Shown: positions 63,147 to 64,000 of the stretch, piece after piece
Position numbering within the stretch: position 1 is the first letter of the stretch
How the letters are laid out: every line of letters begins with the position of its first letter
Origin: Candidatus Moraniibacteriota bacterium
Lineage (GTDB): Bacteria; Patescibacteriota; Minisyncoccia; Moranbacterales; UBA1568
DNA: 64,000 bases
NCBI GenBank assembly: GCA_037201605.1
Contig: JBBCGM010000001.1
Span: forward strand, 147,585 to 211,584
Direction of reading: 5' to 3'
Notes under the pieces: model-generated
What the model was told of the DNA's origin: nothing
What the model saw: the letters and a program-made list of their open reading frames with translations, nothing else
Database searches by the model: none
Made by a program: the position numbers and the translations under genes

Positions 63147-64000
63147 ATGGACGTTCTGCGCAAACATGCAAATCTGATCGTAGCCCTCATCTTGGTCGCC
63201 TTCTTTGCCGTCAACATGCTGGTATCCAGCCAAGAATCTACCATCACAGACGAAAAGGCGCATATCCCGGCTGGCTACAGCTATGTGCGCTATGGAGACA
63301 TGCGCCTCAATCCGGAGCATCCGCCCATTTTGAAAGACCTCTCCGGCCTGGCACTTTTGCCGCTTCAGCCGGAGTTCCCGCTTGATTCCTGGGAATGGCA
63401 AGAGGGTATCAACGAGCAATGGACGCTCGGCGACAAATTCATCAACTGCACCGCCCCCGAGCAAGCCTGTAATGATGCGGACCTCATCACCTTTGTTAGC
63501 CGTATCCCCATTATCCTCGTTGCCGTCATTCTAGGCGCTTTTCTCTACTTCTGGACGCGTGAATTGGCAGGAACCTTGGCGGGCTTGCTCGCTCTGACGC
63601 TCTACGCTTTTGATCCCAATATTATCGCTCACAGCCACTATGTGACGACCGACATCGGCATAGCGGCGTTCATGTTCTTTGCGTTCTACTTTTTCGTCCG
63701 ATTCCTGAAAGATCCGAGTCCGAAAAACATATTCTGGTCCGGTATCTTCTTCGGCCTGGCGCAACTGACAAAGTTCTCCGCCGTACTCCTCTTGCCTATT
63801 TTCGGGCTCTTCGTTATCCTCTACGCCCTGGCGACACCGAAACCCGTCGGCTCATCTCTTAGCACGTGGCTCTTCAAGCTGCGCGAGATCTTCTTCTTAG
63901 GCCTCAAGTTCCTTCTGAGCCTCGTCATCGCTTTCGTACTCATTTATATTGTCTACTATCCTCATACCATCAACATGCCGGGTGAGAAATTGTCCGAGGT
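63147..64000 (+). CDS. second GT-C fold glycosyltransferase (ArnT/PMT-like), 3' end outside window
   Basis: Hand translation from ATG 63147: MDVLRKHANLIVALILVAFFAVNML...DEKAHIPAGYSYVRYGDMRLNPEHPPILKDLSGLALLPL... It stays open to the window end. Confidence 0.65.
   Translation, partial: MDVLRKHANLIVALILVAFFAVNMLVSSQESTITDEKAHIPAGYSYVRYGDMRLNPEHPPILKDLSGLALLPLQPEFPLDSWEWQEGINEQWTLGDKFINCTAPEQACNDADLITFVSRIPIILVAVILGAFLYFWTRELAGTLAGLLALTLYAFDPNIIAHSHYVTTDIGIAAFMFFAFYFFVRFLKDPSPKNIFWSGIFFGLAQLTKFSAVLLLPIFGLFVILYALATPKPVGSSLSTWLFKLREIFFLGLKFLLSLVIAFVLIYIVYYPHTINMPGEKLSE

Overview
The window is a bacterial chromosomal segment. It reads like a reduced-genome Patescibacteria/CPR (candidate phyla radiation) organism. 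I infer this from an unlinked, atypical 16S gene, an RpoA without its C-terminal domain, a short EF-Ts and many membrane or hypothetical proteins. Most of the sequence is about 55-65% GC. Two clearly AT-rich insertions sit at about 13.8-20.3 kb and 22.75-25.8 kb.

Recognisable content:
- valS (3' part)
- nine tRNAs in two arrays
- one stand-alone 16S rRNA gene
- a complete infA-rpmJ-rpsM-rpsK-rpsD-rpoA-rplQ-rplM-rpsI block
- uppS, a polyprenyl synthase and mpg
- rpmG, tsf, rpsB, rpmE, prfA and prmC
- rmuC and lexA
- cell-wall enzymes: two M23 peptidases, an amidase, an SLT transglycosylase and a VanW protein
- a VirD4/TraG-like ATPase cluster
- two GT39-like glycosyltransferases

Main observations:
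1. A family of about 140-157 nt hairpin-rich elements follows tRNA-His (one copy) and tRNA-Glu (two perfect 186-bp tandem units). Each copy ends in a duplicate of the host tRNA's 3' T-stem, acceptor strand and terminator.
2. An AT-rich operon encodes a HlyD-like adaptor, a cellulose-synthase-like GT2, a large polytopic membrane protein and a GH81 beta-1,3-glucanase.
3. An AT-rich locus next to the 16S gene holds two DUF1863 TIR-like (ThsB-like) genes and small unknown partners.
4. At least 29 genes, including essential ones, carry frameshifts. These are confined to blocks at 0-30 kb and 42-50 kb; 30.9-41.2 kb and 50.9-64 kb are clean.

All calls come from reading the sequence and the ORF track. 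No database search was run.
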